This document shows, one piece after another, positions 9,445-20,224 of a stretch of DNA of 32,000 nucleotides. The notes beneath the pieces were generated by a model, which saw only the letters and a program-made list of their open reading frames with translations, did no database searches and was not told the DNA's origin. The number at the start of each line of letters is the position of its first letter. Position 1 is the stretch's first letter. This DNA comes from Buchnera aphidicola str. APS (Acyrthosiphon pisum) (lineage in GTDB: Bacteria; Pseudomonadota; Gammaproteobacteria; Enterobacterales; Enterobacteriaceae): contig NC_002528.1 in assembly GCF_000009605.1 (NCBI RefSeq), forward strand, positions 300,001 through 332,000, written 5' to 3'. The translations under genes were made by a program, and so were the position numbers.

Positions 9445-12030
9445 ATGCAAAAATCTCTGGTAATAGTCGAATCTCCAGCAAAAGCAAAAACTATAAATCA
9501 ATATTTAGGTTCTGAATACATAGTTAAATCTAGCATCGGACACATCCGAGATTTAACGAAAGGAAAACTATATAACAAAGAAAAAAACAAAAAATTTTTA
9601 AATGAAAATTTCATTGAAAAGACTAATGAGAATAAAATTTTAATTAAACAAATGGGAATTGATCCTTATCAAAATTGGAAATTTGAATATCATATTTTAC
9701 CTGGCAAAGAAAAAATAATTTCTGAATTGAAATATATCGCAAATCAAGTTAAACATATATATCTTGCTACAGATTTAGATAGAGAAGGAGAAGCTATAGC
9801 TTGGCATTTAAAGGAAGTTATTGGGGGAGATTCTTCTAAATTTAGTCGTGTAGTATTTAATGAAATCACACAACATTCCATACAAAAAGCTTTTAAAAAT
9901 GTAGGTCATATAAATATGAATCGAGTGCATGCGCAACAAGCACGTCGGTTTATGGATAGAATTGTAGGTTATATGATTTCACCTTTATTGTGGAAAAAAA
10001 TTGCAAGAGGCTTATCTGCAGGACGAGTTCAATCTGTAGCCGTTCGTATAATAGCAGATCGTGAAAGTATTATAAAAAACTTTGTTCCTGAAGAATATTG
10101 GAAATTAGATGTGTCTCTTATTTCTCAAGATAAAAAAAAGATTAATATGGATGTCACACACTATAATAATAAAAAATTTCGTCCGATAAATGAGAATGAA
10201 GTATCTTTTGCAGTTGAAAAAATTCAAAAATCATCTTGCATTGTGAAAAATTACGAAGAAAAAATATCTTATCTAAAAGCACCTGCTCCATTTATAACAT
10301 CTACTTTGCAGCAATCTGCCAGTCTTCGTTTAGGATTTAGCGTAAAAAAAACAATGTTTTTAGCGCAAAAATTATATGAAGAAGGCTATATAACTTATAT
10401 GAGAACTGATTCCAATTATTTAAGTGAATATGCTATTAAAAAAGTACGAAAATATATAAAAAGTAATTATGGCTCTAATTACTTACCTAAAGAACCAAAT
10501 ATATATTCCAATGAAAAACATTCTCAAGAGGCTCATGAGGCTATTCGGCCTTCTGATATCAAAATAAAAAATATAGATTCAGATCATTTGAACTCTAGTG
10601 CTAAAAAATTATATGAATTAATTTGGAATCAATTTTTAGCTTCTCAAATGAAATCAGTTAAATACAAATCTATAACCGTAACAGTTTTAGCTGATATGTT
10701 TAAATTACAAAAAAGTGAACGAATTGTAATGTTTCAGGGTTGGAATAAAGTTTTAATTGAAGAAAAAAATGTTTTTTCTCAATTTCCAATACTTCAAACA
10801 GGAAGTCAGTTATTTATTAATAAAGTTACACCTAGTCAAAAGTTCACTAAACCTCCACCACGTTTTAGCGAAGCGTCTTTAGTTCGCGAATTAGAAAAAA
10901 AGGGTATTGGAAGACCTTCTACCTATTCTGCTATTACATCAAAAATACAAGATCGAGGATATGTTAAAATTAAAAAAAACAAATTTTACGCAGAAAAAAT
11001 GGGAGAAATTCTTACTATTCGATTAAAAAAAAGTTTCAGCAATTTAATTGATTATAATTTTACCGCACATATGGAAAAAAAACTTGATCAAGTTGCGGAA
11101 AATAAAGTTACATGGAGATATTTGCTTGATGATTTTTTTAAAAAGTTTTCTGAGCAACTAGAACAGGCTAAAAAAAGCCCAGAAGAAGGAGGAATGGAAT
11201 TAAATAATATTGTTCCAACTTCACTTAATTGTCCAATATGTTGCAAAAAAATGGGTATAAAAACTGCAATAACTGGTGTTTTTCTTAGTTGTTTGGGATA
11301 TAACAATACTGACAATAAAAAACGTTGCAAAAAAACTATTAATCTTATTACATTAAATGATTTTAATAAAGAACAAGATAATCAAAAAAAAATATCTCTA
11401 CAATTAATTCAAAAATGTGACATATGTAATATGTATATGGATAGTTATTTTATTAATGAAAAACTAAAGTTGCATATTTGTGCGAATAATCCCAGTTGTT
11501 CTGGCTATAAATTTGAAAAAGGAGTTTTTAAAAGTCCTATTTATTTATCTAAAACAATTCAATGTGAAAAATGTTATAATAATATGAAATTAAAAATAGG
11601 TCCATTTGGTAAATTTTTTACATGTATAAACAAAATATGTAAAAACACAAGAAAAATTTTACCTAATGGCGAAATATCTGATCCAAAATTAGAACCGATT
11701 CCTTTTCCAGAATTATTATGCAAACAATCTGACGCATGGTTTGTTTTACGGGAAGGCATTTCTGGTATTTTTTTTGCAGCAAATACTTTTCCTAAATCAC
11801 GTGAAACTAGATCTCCATTTGTAGAAGAATTAGTCCGTTTTCAACATTTATTACCAGAAAAAATATATTATTTATCTAGTGCACCTGTTATTGATAATTA
11901 TGGAAATAAAACTATTGTTTGTTTTGATAAAAAAAAGAAAACGCATTACATTGCTTCTAAAAAAGACGGAAAATTTACAGGTTGGTCAGCTGTATTTATT
12001 GATCAAAAATGGTGTGTAATAAATAAATGA
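9445..12030 (+). CDS. topA: DNA topoisomerase I
   Basis: 861 aa. Toprim N-terminus VIVESPAKAKTI and TDLDREGEAIAWH, active-site Tyr context GYITYMRTDS, and three Cys4 zinc-ribbon repeats in the C-terminal third. Confidence 0.97.
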   Translation: MQKSLVIVESPAKAKTINQYLGSEYIVKSSIGHIRDLTKGKLYNKEKNKKFLNENFIEKTNENKILIKQMGIDPYQNWKFEYHILPGKEKIISELKYIANQVKHIYLATDLDREGEAIAWHLKEVIGGDSSKFSRVVFNEITQHSIQKAFKNVGHINMNRVHAQQARRFMDRIVGYMISPLLWKKIARGLSAGRVQSVAVRIIADRESIIKNFVPEEYWKLDVSLISQDKKKINMDVTHYNNKKFRPINENEVSFAVEKIQKSSCIVKNYEEKISYLKAPAPFITSTLQQSASLRLGFSVKKTMFLAQKLYEEGYITYMRTDSNYLSEYAIKKVRKYIKSNYGSNYLPKEPNIYSNEKHSQEAHEAIRPSDIKIKNIDSDHLNSSAKKLYELIWNQFLASQMKSVKYKSITVTVLADMFKLQKSERIVMFQGWNKVLIEEKNVFSQFPILQTGSQLFINKVTPSQKFTKPPPRFSEASLVRELEKKGIGRPSTYSAITSKIQDRGYVKIKKNKFYAEKMGEILTIRLKKSFSNLIDYNFTAHMEKKLDQVAENKVTWRYLLDDFFKKFSEQLEQAKKSPEEGGMELNNIVPTSLNCPICCKKMGIKTAITGVFLSCLGYNNTDNKKRCKKTINLITLNDFNKEQDNQKKISLQLIQKCDICNMYMDSYFINEKLKLHICANNPSCSGYKFEKGVFKSPIYLSKTIQCEKCYNNMKLKIGPFGKFFTCINKICKNTRKILPNGEISDPKLEPIPFPELLCKQSDAWFVLREGISGIFFAANTFPKSRETRSPFVEELVRFQHLLPEKIYYLSSAPVIDNYGNKTIVCFDKKKKTHYIASKKDGKFTGWSAVFIDQKWCVINK

Positions 12031-12082
12031 TATTTATAATAAATAAAATAAAATATTTTTAAAAATCTCGTTTTTTCTTGGA

Positions 12083-12883
12083 TTATATTAGATAACATTC
12101 ACGTATTTTTTCATTAATAAGTCTAATAAATTTTGAGCTGCTAGTGATATTTCCAGAATAATTATTATTATTATGTTCATACTCACCCATAAAATTATTA
12201 ATTAAACAACCAGCTTCTCGAACTTGCAATTTACTTGCTACAAATTTATTAGGATCTAAATTAAAATCAAATAAACAATCTATTTTTCCGGCTGCAACAT
12301 AAGCAGAATCAAGTATACTAGAACCAGTACATCTAAAAGAAATTCCAGATATTATTAATTTTTTATATATTTCAAAATAGGATGAAGTTAAATTATGAAT
12401 TTTATTGGATGGATTTACAGCAACTGTACTATAATTTAAAGTATTGATTGCACTGCATCTAGTTCGATATCCATTTAATTGTGAACCTTGTCCTTTTACG
12501 GCTGTGAATAAATCATTTTTTATAGGATCATATATTACAGAAATTTCTGTTTTATTTTTCACGACAACAGCTATAGAAACACAAAAATATGGGAAATATT
12601 TAAGAAAATTAGTTTTTCCATCTAATTCAGTAATAATCCAAACAGTATTTTTTTCATTTTTCTTAACAAGAATATTTTCATGTTTTTTTAAAATAGTATG
12701 ATAAGGATAAGATTTATGAATAATTTCACTGATTATTTTATTAGTCTTATAAATTATGTTATTTAAAAATACTTTGTTTTTTTCTACATCTTCTTTAACA
12801 AATTTGCGTCTTTCATAATTTTGAATAATAAAATTTCCTCCTTTTCGCACTGCACGAATAGCAATATTTAACATGGGATGCAT
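12083..12883 (-). CDS. suhB: Inositol-1-monophosphatase family protein SuhB
   Basis: 266 aa. N-terminus MHPMLNIAIRAVRKGG and the IMPase motif WIITELDGKTNF. Confidence 0.9.
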   Translation of the reverse strand: MHPMLNIAIRAVRKGGNFIIQNYERRKFVKEDVEKNKVFLNNIIYKTNKIISEIIHKSYPYHTILKKHENILVKKNEKNTVWIITELDGKTNFLKYFPYFCVSIAVVVKNKTEISVIYDPIKNDLFTAVKGQGSQLNGYRTRCSAINTLNYSTVAVNPSNKIHNLTSSYFEIYKKLIISGISFRCTGSSILDSAYVAAGKIDCLFDFNLDPNKFVASKLQVREAGCLINNFMGEYEHNNNNYSGNITSSSKFIRLINEKIRECYLI

Positions 12884-13129
12884 ATAAATCTCCTAAAATT
12901 TTAACGTTTCTTAGAATAATGTTACTATTTAAAAATATTTAATATTCATTCAATTTTAATAATATACTTTTAGATATGAAAACAATCTCAAAATTAATGA
13001 ATTTATTATATTAATATATTATTATAATCAAATTATAAAAAATAATAATATAATTTTATTATTTTTTCTTACTAAGGCAATTATTTTAAATGAACAAATA
13101 TTTTGTATTAATTTATTTTAGGTTTTTAG

Positions 13130-14221
13130 ATGAATAATCATATTGATATATTTAACATTCCAATATCTAAAATTAATTTGTTAGATTTAAATCGTCAAAA
13201 TTTGAAATATTTTCTTATTTCTTTAGGTGCAAAAAATTTTTGCACAGAACAAGTCATGAGTTGGATTTACAATTATTATTGTGATGATTTCAATAAAATG
13301 CTGAACATTAGTATTAAAACAAGAAAAAAACTATATGAAAAATCTTATATATTTGCATCAGAATTTATAGAAGAAAAAATTTCTTATGATGGTACAATTA
13401 AATGGATCACTGATATTAATAATCAAAAAATTGAAACGGTATATATGCCGGAAAAAAAACGATCTACTCTTTGTGTTTCCTCCCAAATAGGATGTTCATT
13501 AAAATGTCATTTTTGTGCTACTGGACAAGAAGGTTTTCAACGTAATTTAAAAGTTTCTGAAATTATTGCTCAAATTTGGCAAGCAAATAAAAGATTAAAA
13601 GAAAAAAATATAAAAAAGAATATTACTAATATAGTCTTTATGGGTATGGGTGAACCTTTGTTAAATTTAAAAAATGTTGTTTCCGCATTAACAATTATTT
13701 TAGATGAGTATGGTTTTGGTTTATCGAAACGTCGTGTTACCTTATCTACTTCAGGAATAGTTCCTGCATTAGATAAATTAAGAAACATGATCGATGTTTC
13801 TTTGGCAATTTCTTTACATGCCCCAAATGATTTTATTAGAAATATTATTATGCCAATTAATAGAAAATATAATATTTCTTCTGTTTTAAGTTCAGCATTA
13901 AAATATTTTAAATATTCAAATGCTAATCGAGGTGGAATAACAATAGAATACGTTATGCTAGATAGAATTAATGATTCCAATGAAAATGCTCGACAATTAT
14001 CTGTTTTATTAAGTAAAATACCTAGCAAAATTAATTTAATTCCCTGGAATTCTTTTTCAGGTCCATCTTTTTTGTGTAGTAATACTGATCGAATAAATAT
14101 GTTTGCAAATATTCTCAGAAAAAAAGGATTTACGACAACAATTAGAAAAAATAGAGGAGAAGATATTAATGCTGCATGTGGTCAGTTAACTGGTATTATA
14201 ACAAATTATTTTAAAAAATGA
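13130..14221 (+). CDS. rlmN: Radical-SAM 23S rRNA/tRNA adenine-C2 methyltransferase RlmN
   Basis: 363 aa. KINLLDLNRQ at the N-terminus, the CSLKCHFCATG radical-SAM cluster motif and the C-terminal CGQL. Confidence 0.92.
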   Translation: MNNHIDIFNIPISKINLLDLNRQNLKYFLISLGAKNFCTEQVMSWIYNYYCDDFNKMLNISIKTRKKLYEKSYIFASEFIEEKISYDGTIKWITDINNQKIETVYMPEKKRSTLCVSSQIGCSLKCHFCATGQEGFQRNLKVSEIIAQIWQANKRLKEKNIKKNITNIVFMGMGEPLLNLKNVVSALTIILDEYGFGLSKRRVTLSTSGIVPALDKLRNMIDVSLAISLHAPNDFIRNIIMPINRKYNISSVLSSALKYFKYSNANRGGITIEYVMLDRINDSNENARQLSVLLSKIPSKINLIPWNSFSGPSFLCSNTDRINMFANILRKKGFTTTIRKNRGEDINAACGQLTGIITNYFKK

Positions 14222-14271
14222 TTTATTTGTTATTCTTTTCCATGATATATAAGCATATAAAATAAAAATTT

Positions 14272-15378
14272 ATGAATAATAAGTGTAAAATTATCAATAG
14301 AAGAAAATCTGATCGTATTTATGTTGGAAAAGTCGCTATTGGCAATAATGCGCCAATATCAGTTCAATCTATGACAAATACTCGTACTACTAATATCTCT
14401 GAAACTATTAATCAAATCTTAGAGTTACAAAAAGTAGGAGTAGATATTGTTCGTATTTCTATACCCAATTTAAAAGCTGCAGAATCATTCAAAGAAATAA
14501 AAAAACAAACAAATGTTCCATTGATTGCAGATATACATTTTGATTACAGATTAGCTTTACAAGCTATAAAATATGGTGCAGATTGTTTAAGAATTAATCC
14601 TGGGAATATTGGAAATAAAAGAAGAGTATCAGAAATCATTTCTTACGCAAAAGATGAAAATATTCCAATTCGTATTGGTGTTAATGCTGGATCTTTAGAA
14701 AAAGATATATTAAAAAAATATAAAATACCTACTCCAGATGCATTAGTAGAATCAGCTATGAGGCATATTGAATACTTTGATGCTTTAAATTTTAATCAAT
14801 TTAAAGTTAGTGTTAAAGCGTCTGATGTATTTTTAGCTATTGAATCATATCGCATGTTAGGAAAAAAAATTACACAACCTTTGCATATTGGCATAACTGA
14901 ATCCGGTGGTTTAAGGAATGGAACAGTTAAATCATCTATAGGTATTGCTTTATTATTATTAGAAGGCATTGGAGATACAATACGAGTTTCATTAGCGGCA
15001 CATCCAACTGAAGAAGTAAAAGTAGGTTATGACATTTTAAAAGTTTTATCTTTAAGAGCAAGAGGTATTAATTTTATTGCTTGTCCTACTTGTTCTAGAC
15101 AAGAATTTGATGTAATTAATACAGTAAATCAACTAGAAAAAAATCTAGAAGATATCTCGACTCCCATAGATGTATCAATTATTGGTTGCGTTGTTAATGG
15201 AATAGGTGAATCTAAAATAGCAACTTTAGGTCTAGCAGGAAGTCATAAGAAAAGTGCATTTTATGAAGACGGAGTAAGACAAAAAGAAAAAATAAAAAAC
15301 GAAGAAATTATAGAAAAAATGGAAATTAAAATTCGAAAAAAAATAGACAAATTAAATAATTCAAAAAAAAATAATTAA
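14272..15378 (+). CDS. ispG: 4-hydroxy-3-methylbut-2-enyl diphosphate synthase (MEP pathway)
   Basis: 368 aa. [28 protein letters not shown] matches the E. coli IspG N-terminus. Fe-S ligand motifs CPTCSR and GCVVNGIGE are present. Confidence 0.95.
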   Translation: MNNKCKIINRRKSDRIYVGKVAIGNNAPISVQSMTNTRTTNISETINQILELQKVGVDIVRISIPNLKAAESFKEIKKQTNVPLIADIHFDYRLALQAIKYGADCLRINPGNIGNKRRVSEIISYAKDENIPIRIGVNAGSLEKDILKKYKIPTPDALVESAMRHIEYFDALNFNQFKVSVKASDVFLAIESYRMLGKKITQPLHIGITESGGLRNGTVKSSIGIALLLLEGIGDTIRVSLAAHPTEEVKVGYDILKVLSLRARGINFIACPTCSRQEFDVINTVNQLEKNLEDISTPIDVSIIGCVVNGIGESKIATLGLAGSHKKSAFYEDGVRQKEKIKNEEIIEKMEIKIRKKIDKLNNSKKNN

Positions 15379-15403
15379 TTGATATTTAATACAAGAGACA
15401 ATA

Positions 15404-16675
15404 GTGAATAAAGAAATTAAATCTATTAGAGGCATGTATGATTATTTTCCAAAAGATTTAAAAATATGGAATTATATAGAAATTATATTCAAAGAAGTTC
15501 TGAATAGTTACTGTTATTTAGAAATTAGATTACCTATATTAGAAAAAACTGAAATTTTTAAAAGAGCGATTGGTAACGTTACTGATGTAGTAGAAAAAGA
15601 AATGTACTCTTTTAATGATCGAAAAGGTAATAATTTAACTTTACGTCCAGAAGGCACTGTGGGCTGTGTGAGGGCTATAATACAAAATAATTTACTACAA
15701 AAAAGTAATAAATTTTGGTATTTAGGTCCTATGTTTCGATATGAAAGACCGCAGAAGGGAAGATATCGTCAATTCTATCAGTTAGGTGCAGAAGTATTCG
15801 GATTAGATACGGAAGATATAGATTTAGAAATTATTATTTTAACAAATCGTTTATGGAAAAGAATTGGTATTGATTCATTTATAACATTAGAAGTAAATTC
15901 AATTGGTTCTAAAATAGATCGTGTGCAATATAAAAAAGAATTAGTTAATTTTCTTAAAAAACGTGAATATTTATTAGATGAAGACTGTAAAAGAAGACTA
16001 TATACTAATCCATTACGTATTTTAGATTCTAAAAATCAAGATATTCAAAATTTATTAAAAGAAGCACCATTGCTAAGTGAATATATTAGTTTTTCTGAAA
16101 ATAATCATTTTAAAAATTTGTGTAATATGATGAACCATCATGGAATAAAATATAAATGCAATCCGCATTTAGTAAGAGGATTAGACTATTATAATAGTAC
16201 TGTTTTTGAATGGAAAAGCAATAAATTAGGAGCACAAAATACTATTTGTGCAGGAGGTCGATATGACTCTTTAGTTCAAGAAATGGGAGGGAGAAAAACA
16301 CCAGCTATAGGATTTGCAATAGGAATAGAACGTTTAGTTTTATTGGTAAAATCACTAAAAATTTTTTCTGAAGTAATAGAAGAATCGAATGTATATATTA
16401 TTTTTATAGGAGATAATAATAAATGTCATGCTATAAATTTATCTGAAGAAATAAGAGATTTATACCCAAAATTGAGGATATTTATTAATTTTTTACATCA
16501 AAATCTTACAAAAAAAATAAAAAACGCTATCAGTTCTCTAGCAAGAATTATTATTTTAATAGGTGATAATGAAATCAAAAAAGGATTTTTTTTGGTTAAG
16601 GATTTAAAAGAAAAAAAAGAATATCATCTTTTAAAAAAGGAATTAATACTAAAAATTCAAGAAATTTTTAAATAA
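15404..16675 (+). CDS. hisS: Histidine--tRNA ligase
   Basis: 423 aa with a GTG start. IRGMYDYFP, class-II motif 2 [18 protein letters not shown] and motif 3 CAGGRYD. Confidence 0.95.
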
Positions 16676-16734
16676 ATTTATTTATTTCATAAAAATAATT
16701 TTTATATTTTTGTATAATAACTTTTAGGTAAAAA

Positions 16735-17988
16735 ATGTTAAATAATAAAATAGATTTTTCAAAATATGATCCAAAACTATGGTTTGCAATAGAACAAGAA
16801 AAAAAAAGACAAGAAAATCATATAGAATTAATAGCATCGGAAAATTATACGAGTAATTATGTAATGGATGTACAGGGTTCACAATTGACTAATAAATATG
16901 CAGAAGGTTATCCTGGAAAAAGATATTATGGTGGTTGTGAGTATGTAGATATAATAGAAGAATTAGCAATTGAACGAGCAAAAAAATTATTTAACGCCGA
17001 TTATGCTAATGTTCAACCACATTCTGGCTCTCAAGCTAATTTTTCTGTTTATACCGCATTGTTAAATCCTGGTGATACAATATTAGGTATGAAGTTATCA
17101 CATGGTGGTCATTTGACTCATGGATCATCTGTCAATTTTTCAGGTAAAATGTATAATGTTATTTCCTATGGAGTAGATGAAAATGGTGAAATTAATTATG
17201 AAGAATTATTAAGATTGACGAAAAAGTATAAACCAAAAATGATTATTGGTGGTTTTTCAGCATATTCTGGCATTTGTAACTGGAAAAAAATGCGATTTAT
17301 TGCAGATAACGCGGATGCTTATTTTGTTGTTGATATGGCTCATGTTGCTGGTTTAGTAGCAGCTGGAATCTATCCAAATCCAATTAATTATGCTCATGTT
17401 GTTACGAGTACAACTCATAAAACATTAGCGGGACCTAGAGGCGGTCTTATTCTTGCTAAAAATGGAGATGATATTTTATATAAAAAATTAAACTTATCAG
17501 TTTTTCCTGGAGCACAAGGTGGACCATTAATGCATGTAATTGCAGCAAAAGCTATTGCATTTAAAGAAGCTTTAGAACCAAAGTTTAAAACATATCAAAA
17601 ACAAATAGTAAAAAACTCTAAAGTTATGGTTGAAAGATTTTTAGAAAAAGGATATAAAATCATATCTGGACATACTTTTAATCATTTGTTTCTAATTGAT
17701 TTAACCAATAAAAAAATAACAGGAAAAGATGCTGATATTATTTTAAGTAAAGCAAATATAACTGTTAATAAAAATACGATACCTAATGATTTAAAAAGTC
17801 CTTTTATTACTTCAGGCATACGTATTGGTACTGCCGCTGTTACTAGAAGAGGATTCAAAGAAAATGAGGTCTCTAGAATATCAGATTGGATAACTAGTAT
17901 TTTAAATAATGTTGATGATCATAATAATGTTCTTCAAATAAAAAAGAAAGTATTAGAAATGTGTTTAAAATATCCCGTGTACATTTGA
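16735..17988 (+). CDS. glyA: Serine hydroxymethyltransferase
   Basis: 417 aa. The PLP-lysine motif [14 protein letters not shown] is present and the length equals E. coli GlyA. Confidence 0.97.
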   Translation: MLNNKIDFSKYDPKLWFAIEQEKKRQENHIELIASENYTSNYVMDVQGSQLTNKYAEGYPGKRYYGGCEYVDIIEELAIERAKKLFNADYANVQPHSGSQANFSVYTALLNPGDTILGMKLSHGGHLTHGSSVNFSGKMYNVISYGVDENGEINYEELLRLTKKYKPKMIIGGFSAYSGICNWKKMRFIADNADAYFVVDMAHVAGLVAAGIYPNPINYAHVVTSTTHKTLAGPRGGLILAKNGDDILYKKLNLSVFPGAQGGPLMHVIAAKAIAFKEALEPKFKTYQKQIVKNSKVMVERFLEKGYKIISGHTFNHLFLIDLTNKKITGKDADIILSKANITVNKNTIPNDLKSPFITSGIRIGTAAVTRRGFKENEVSRISDWITSILNNVDDHNNVLQIKKKVLEMCLKYPVYI

Positions 17989-18075
17989 TCAAAAATGTTG
18001 AATATGTCCATCTTTGTTAATCATTATATTAATAATGATAAAAATCATACTTTCTAAAACTATTTTTTAAACTTT

Positions 18076-18750
18076 TTATTTAGGTAGTTTGATTTTTATT
18101 TTTTTAAAATTAATTCTATTTTTATTTTTAAAATAAGGAACTACGCCCAAAAATGGAGATTTAATATAATTTAACAAAGTTTGGATGTAATGCATATTAT
18201 ATTTGTCTTTTGGAAAAATATTATTAGCAATCCAGCCTCCACATTTTATTTGATCTGAAATAATAGCTTTTTCTGTTAAAATTGCATGGTTAATACATCC
18301 CAATTTGATTGCAATTATTATAATAACAGTTAATTTTTCTTGTTTCACCCAACTTGAAAAAGTATCTTTACAAGATAGTGGTGTATACCATCCACCAGCA
18401 CCTTCTACTAAAATCCAATTGCTTTTTTTTGTAATATTGTTTAAACCTAAAGACAATTCTTCTTTTTTAATACTCCTTTTTTGAAATTTACTTAAGATAT
18501 GAGGTGGAGCATTTTCAAAAAATGCAATCGGATTAACTTCTCTATCACTTAATATTATAGAGCTACTTTTCTTAAGAAGAATCGCGTCTTGATTAAAAAA
18601 ACCAGATGATTTTTTTTGGCCTCCAGAAGAGACAGGTTTGTATCCTGCTGTCTGATATCCAGACATAGTGGCTTTTTTTAGCAAAATACTGCTTACTATT
18701 GTTTTTCCTACATTTGTATCAGTTCCAGTAATGAAAAATTTTTTTATCAT
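18076..18750 (-). CDS. bioD: Dethiobiotin synthetase
   Basis: 224 aa. P-loop FITGTDTNVGKT (E. coli FVTGTDTEVGKT) and EGAGGW. Confidence 0.9.
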   Translation of the reverse strand: MIKKFFITGTDTNVGKTIVSSILLKKATMSGYQTAGYKPVSSGGQKKSSGFFNQDAILLKKSSSIILSDREVNPIAFFENAPPHILSKFQKRSIKKEELSLGLNNITKKSNWILVEGAGGWYTPLSCKDTFSSWVKQEKLTVIIIIAIKLGCINHAILTEKAIISDQIKCGGWIANNIFPKDKYNMHYIQTLLNYIKSPFLGVVPYFKNKNRINFKKIKIKLPK

Positions 18751-18841
18751 AATAAAATCTTTTTTTTTAAATCTGACGTAGTATTAAAGAATTATATTGT
18801 TTTAATATCGTAATTAACATATTTAATATATTTTTATATTA

Positions 18842-18900
18842 TTATTTTAAATATAAAAAAGTTTCTTTATTAACAATCATATTCATATTAATTGCCCTCC
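18842..18900 (-). other. GGAGGG Shine-Dalgarno plus 14-codon ORF (MNMIVNKETFLYLK*), possibly the relic 5' end of the lost bioC
   Basis: On the minus strand, GGAGGG (18900-18895) lies 8 nt before the ATG at 18886, with the stop at 18844-18842. The peptide weakly resembles the E. coli BioC start MATVNKQAI and sits where bioC would precede bioD. Confidence 0.3.
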
Positions 18901-18905
18901 AAATC

Positions 18906-18973
18906 GAGTAACTCAATATTAGTTATTATGTCTATTTGATACAATAACATATAACTATAATATTGAGTTACTC
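18906..18973. repeat. Perfect 16-bp inverted repeat (gagtaactcaatatta / taatattgagttactc) forming a long stem-loop in the bioB-bioD spacer
   Basis: Arms at 18906-18921 and 18958-18973 are exact reverse complements and include 5 G/C pairs. The 36-nt interior can pair further (agttat/ataact). Confidence 0.8.
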
Positions 18974-19114
18974 CTAAAATAAAAAAGATAATATTATTCT
19001 TATTTAGAAGAATTTCCCAATATTTTATTTGAAGAAAATAAAATATTTTTATGATTAATAGATTCAAAAATTTCTATAATTTTTATTTCTTCAAGGATAT
19101 TTTTTTTAAATAAA

Positions 19115-20146
19115 TTATATTATAGCTGCATTATAATATTGATCTTTTTTAATTTTTGACGATTTTATAATAGTTTTATATTCATCTTCTTTTAATAAAG
19201 TTTGTGTTTTATTTTCAGGAATTAAATCTAATTTCTTAAATAATTCTAAATCATGTTTTTCTTCTGGATTATCTGAAGTAAGTAATTTACATCCATAAAA
19301 AATAGAATTTGCTCCAGCCATAAAACACATTGCTTGAGTTTGATCGTTCATTTTATGACGTCCGGCTGACAATCTAATATAAGATTTTGGCATCATAATG
19401 CGAGCTACAGCAATAATACGAATAAAATCAAATGGTTCTACATCTTTATTATCTGCCATTGGAGTACCTGGAATTTTTACTAACATATTAATAGGTACAC
19501 TTTCTGGTTGAATAGATAAATTAGATAATTCCATTAATAATTCAATACGATCTTGTTTTTTTTCGCCTAAACCTATGATTCCTCCAGAACAAACTTTCAT
19601 TCCCGAACTACGAACTGCATGCAATGTATGAAGTCGTTCTTGATATGTACGAGTAGTAATAATATTATTGTAAAAATTTTTAGATGTATCTAAATTATGA
19701 TTATAAAAATCTAAACCGGCATCAGCTAGTTTTTTTGCTTGTGTGCTATTTAATGTACCCAGAGTCATACAGGTTTCCATACCCATTTCTTTTATTTTTT
19801 TAATAATTTCTTCTAAATAAGGCATATCTTTTTCTTTTGGGTTTTTCCATGCAGCACCCATACAGAATCGACTAGATCCTGAATCTTTCGCTTTTTTTGC
19901 AGCACTTAGGATTTGTTCTATTTCTAATAAAGGTTCTTTTTTCAAACCTGTTTTATATCTAGAACTTTGCGGACAATATTTACAATCTTCTGGACACGAT
20001 CCTGTTTTTATAGAAAGCAAAGTGCTTATTTGTATTGTATTAGGATCAAAGTTTTTTCTATGTTCTTCTTGAGCTTGAAACATAAGATTAAAAAATGGTT
20101 TTTTAAAAAGCATTTTTGTTTCTTCTAAAGTCCATTTTTTTTTCAT
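19115..20146 (-). CDS. bioB: Biotin synthase (radical SAM)
   Basis: 343 aa. [11 protein letters not shown] radical-SAM motif and a close length match to E. coli BioB. Confidence 0.95.
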   Translation of the reverse strand: MKKKWTLEETKMLFKKPFFNLMFQAQEEHRKNFDPNTIQISTLLSIKTGSCPEDCKYCPQSSRYKTGLKKEPLLEIEQILSAAKKAKDSGSSRFCMGAAWKNPKEKDMPYLEEIIKKIKEMGMETCMTLGTLNSTQAKKLADAGLDFYNHNLDTSKNFYNNIITTRTYQERLHTLHAVRSSGMKVCSGGIIGLGEKKQDRIELLMELSNLSIQPESVPINMLVKIPGTPMADNKDVEPFDFIRIIAVARIMMPKSYIRLSAGRHKMNDQTQAMCFMAGANSIFYGCKLLTSDNPEEKHDLELFKKLDLIPENKTQTLLKEDEYKTIIKSSKIKKDQYYNAAII

Positions 20147-20224
20147 ATTATCTCCAAAAAAATTGTGATTTTATTTAAGTTAACGTTTATACTGAATTAT
20201 TTAATATTTTATATATAAATTATT

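Noticed and set aside
13037-13067. 12-bp all-A/T hairpin (aaaaaataataa / ttattatttttt) in the suhB-rlmN spacer. Also a 9-bp hairpin at 25345-25366 and an 8-bp hairpin at 18020-18039 after glyA.
   Set aside because: These stems are purely A/T in near-pure A/T DNA. They are expected by chance and thermodynamically weak. They lack properly placed U-runs, so I did not call them terminators or RNAs.
13570-14028. 152-aa antisense ORF within rlmN, and a 131-aa antisense ORF (26211-26606) within lolC. Both are unusually long for an AT-rich genome.
   Set aside because: Their length is explained by the codon-phase relationship with the sense gene. The sequences are hydrophobic low-complexity with no family resemblance. 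The sense genes are clearly the conserved ones. An expression test would be needed to say more.
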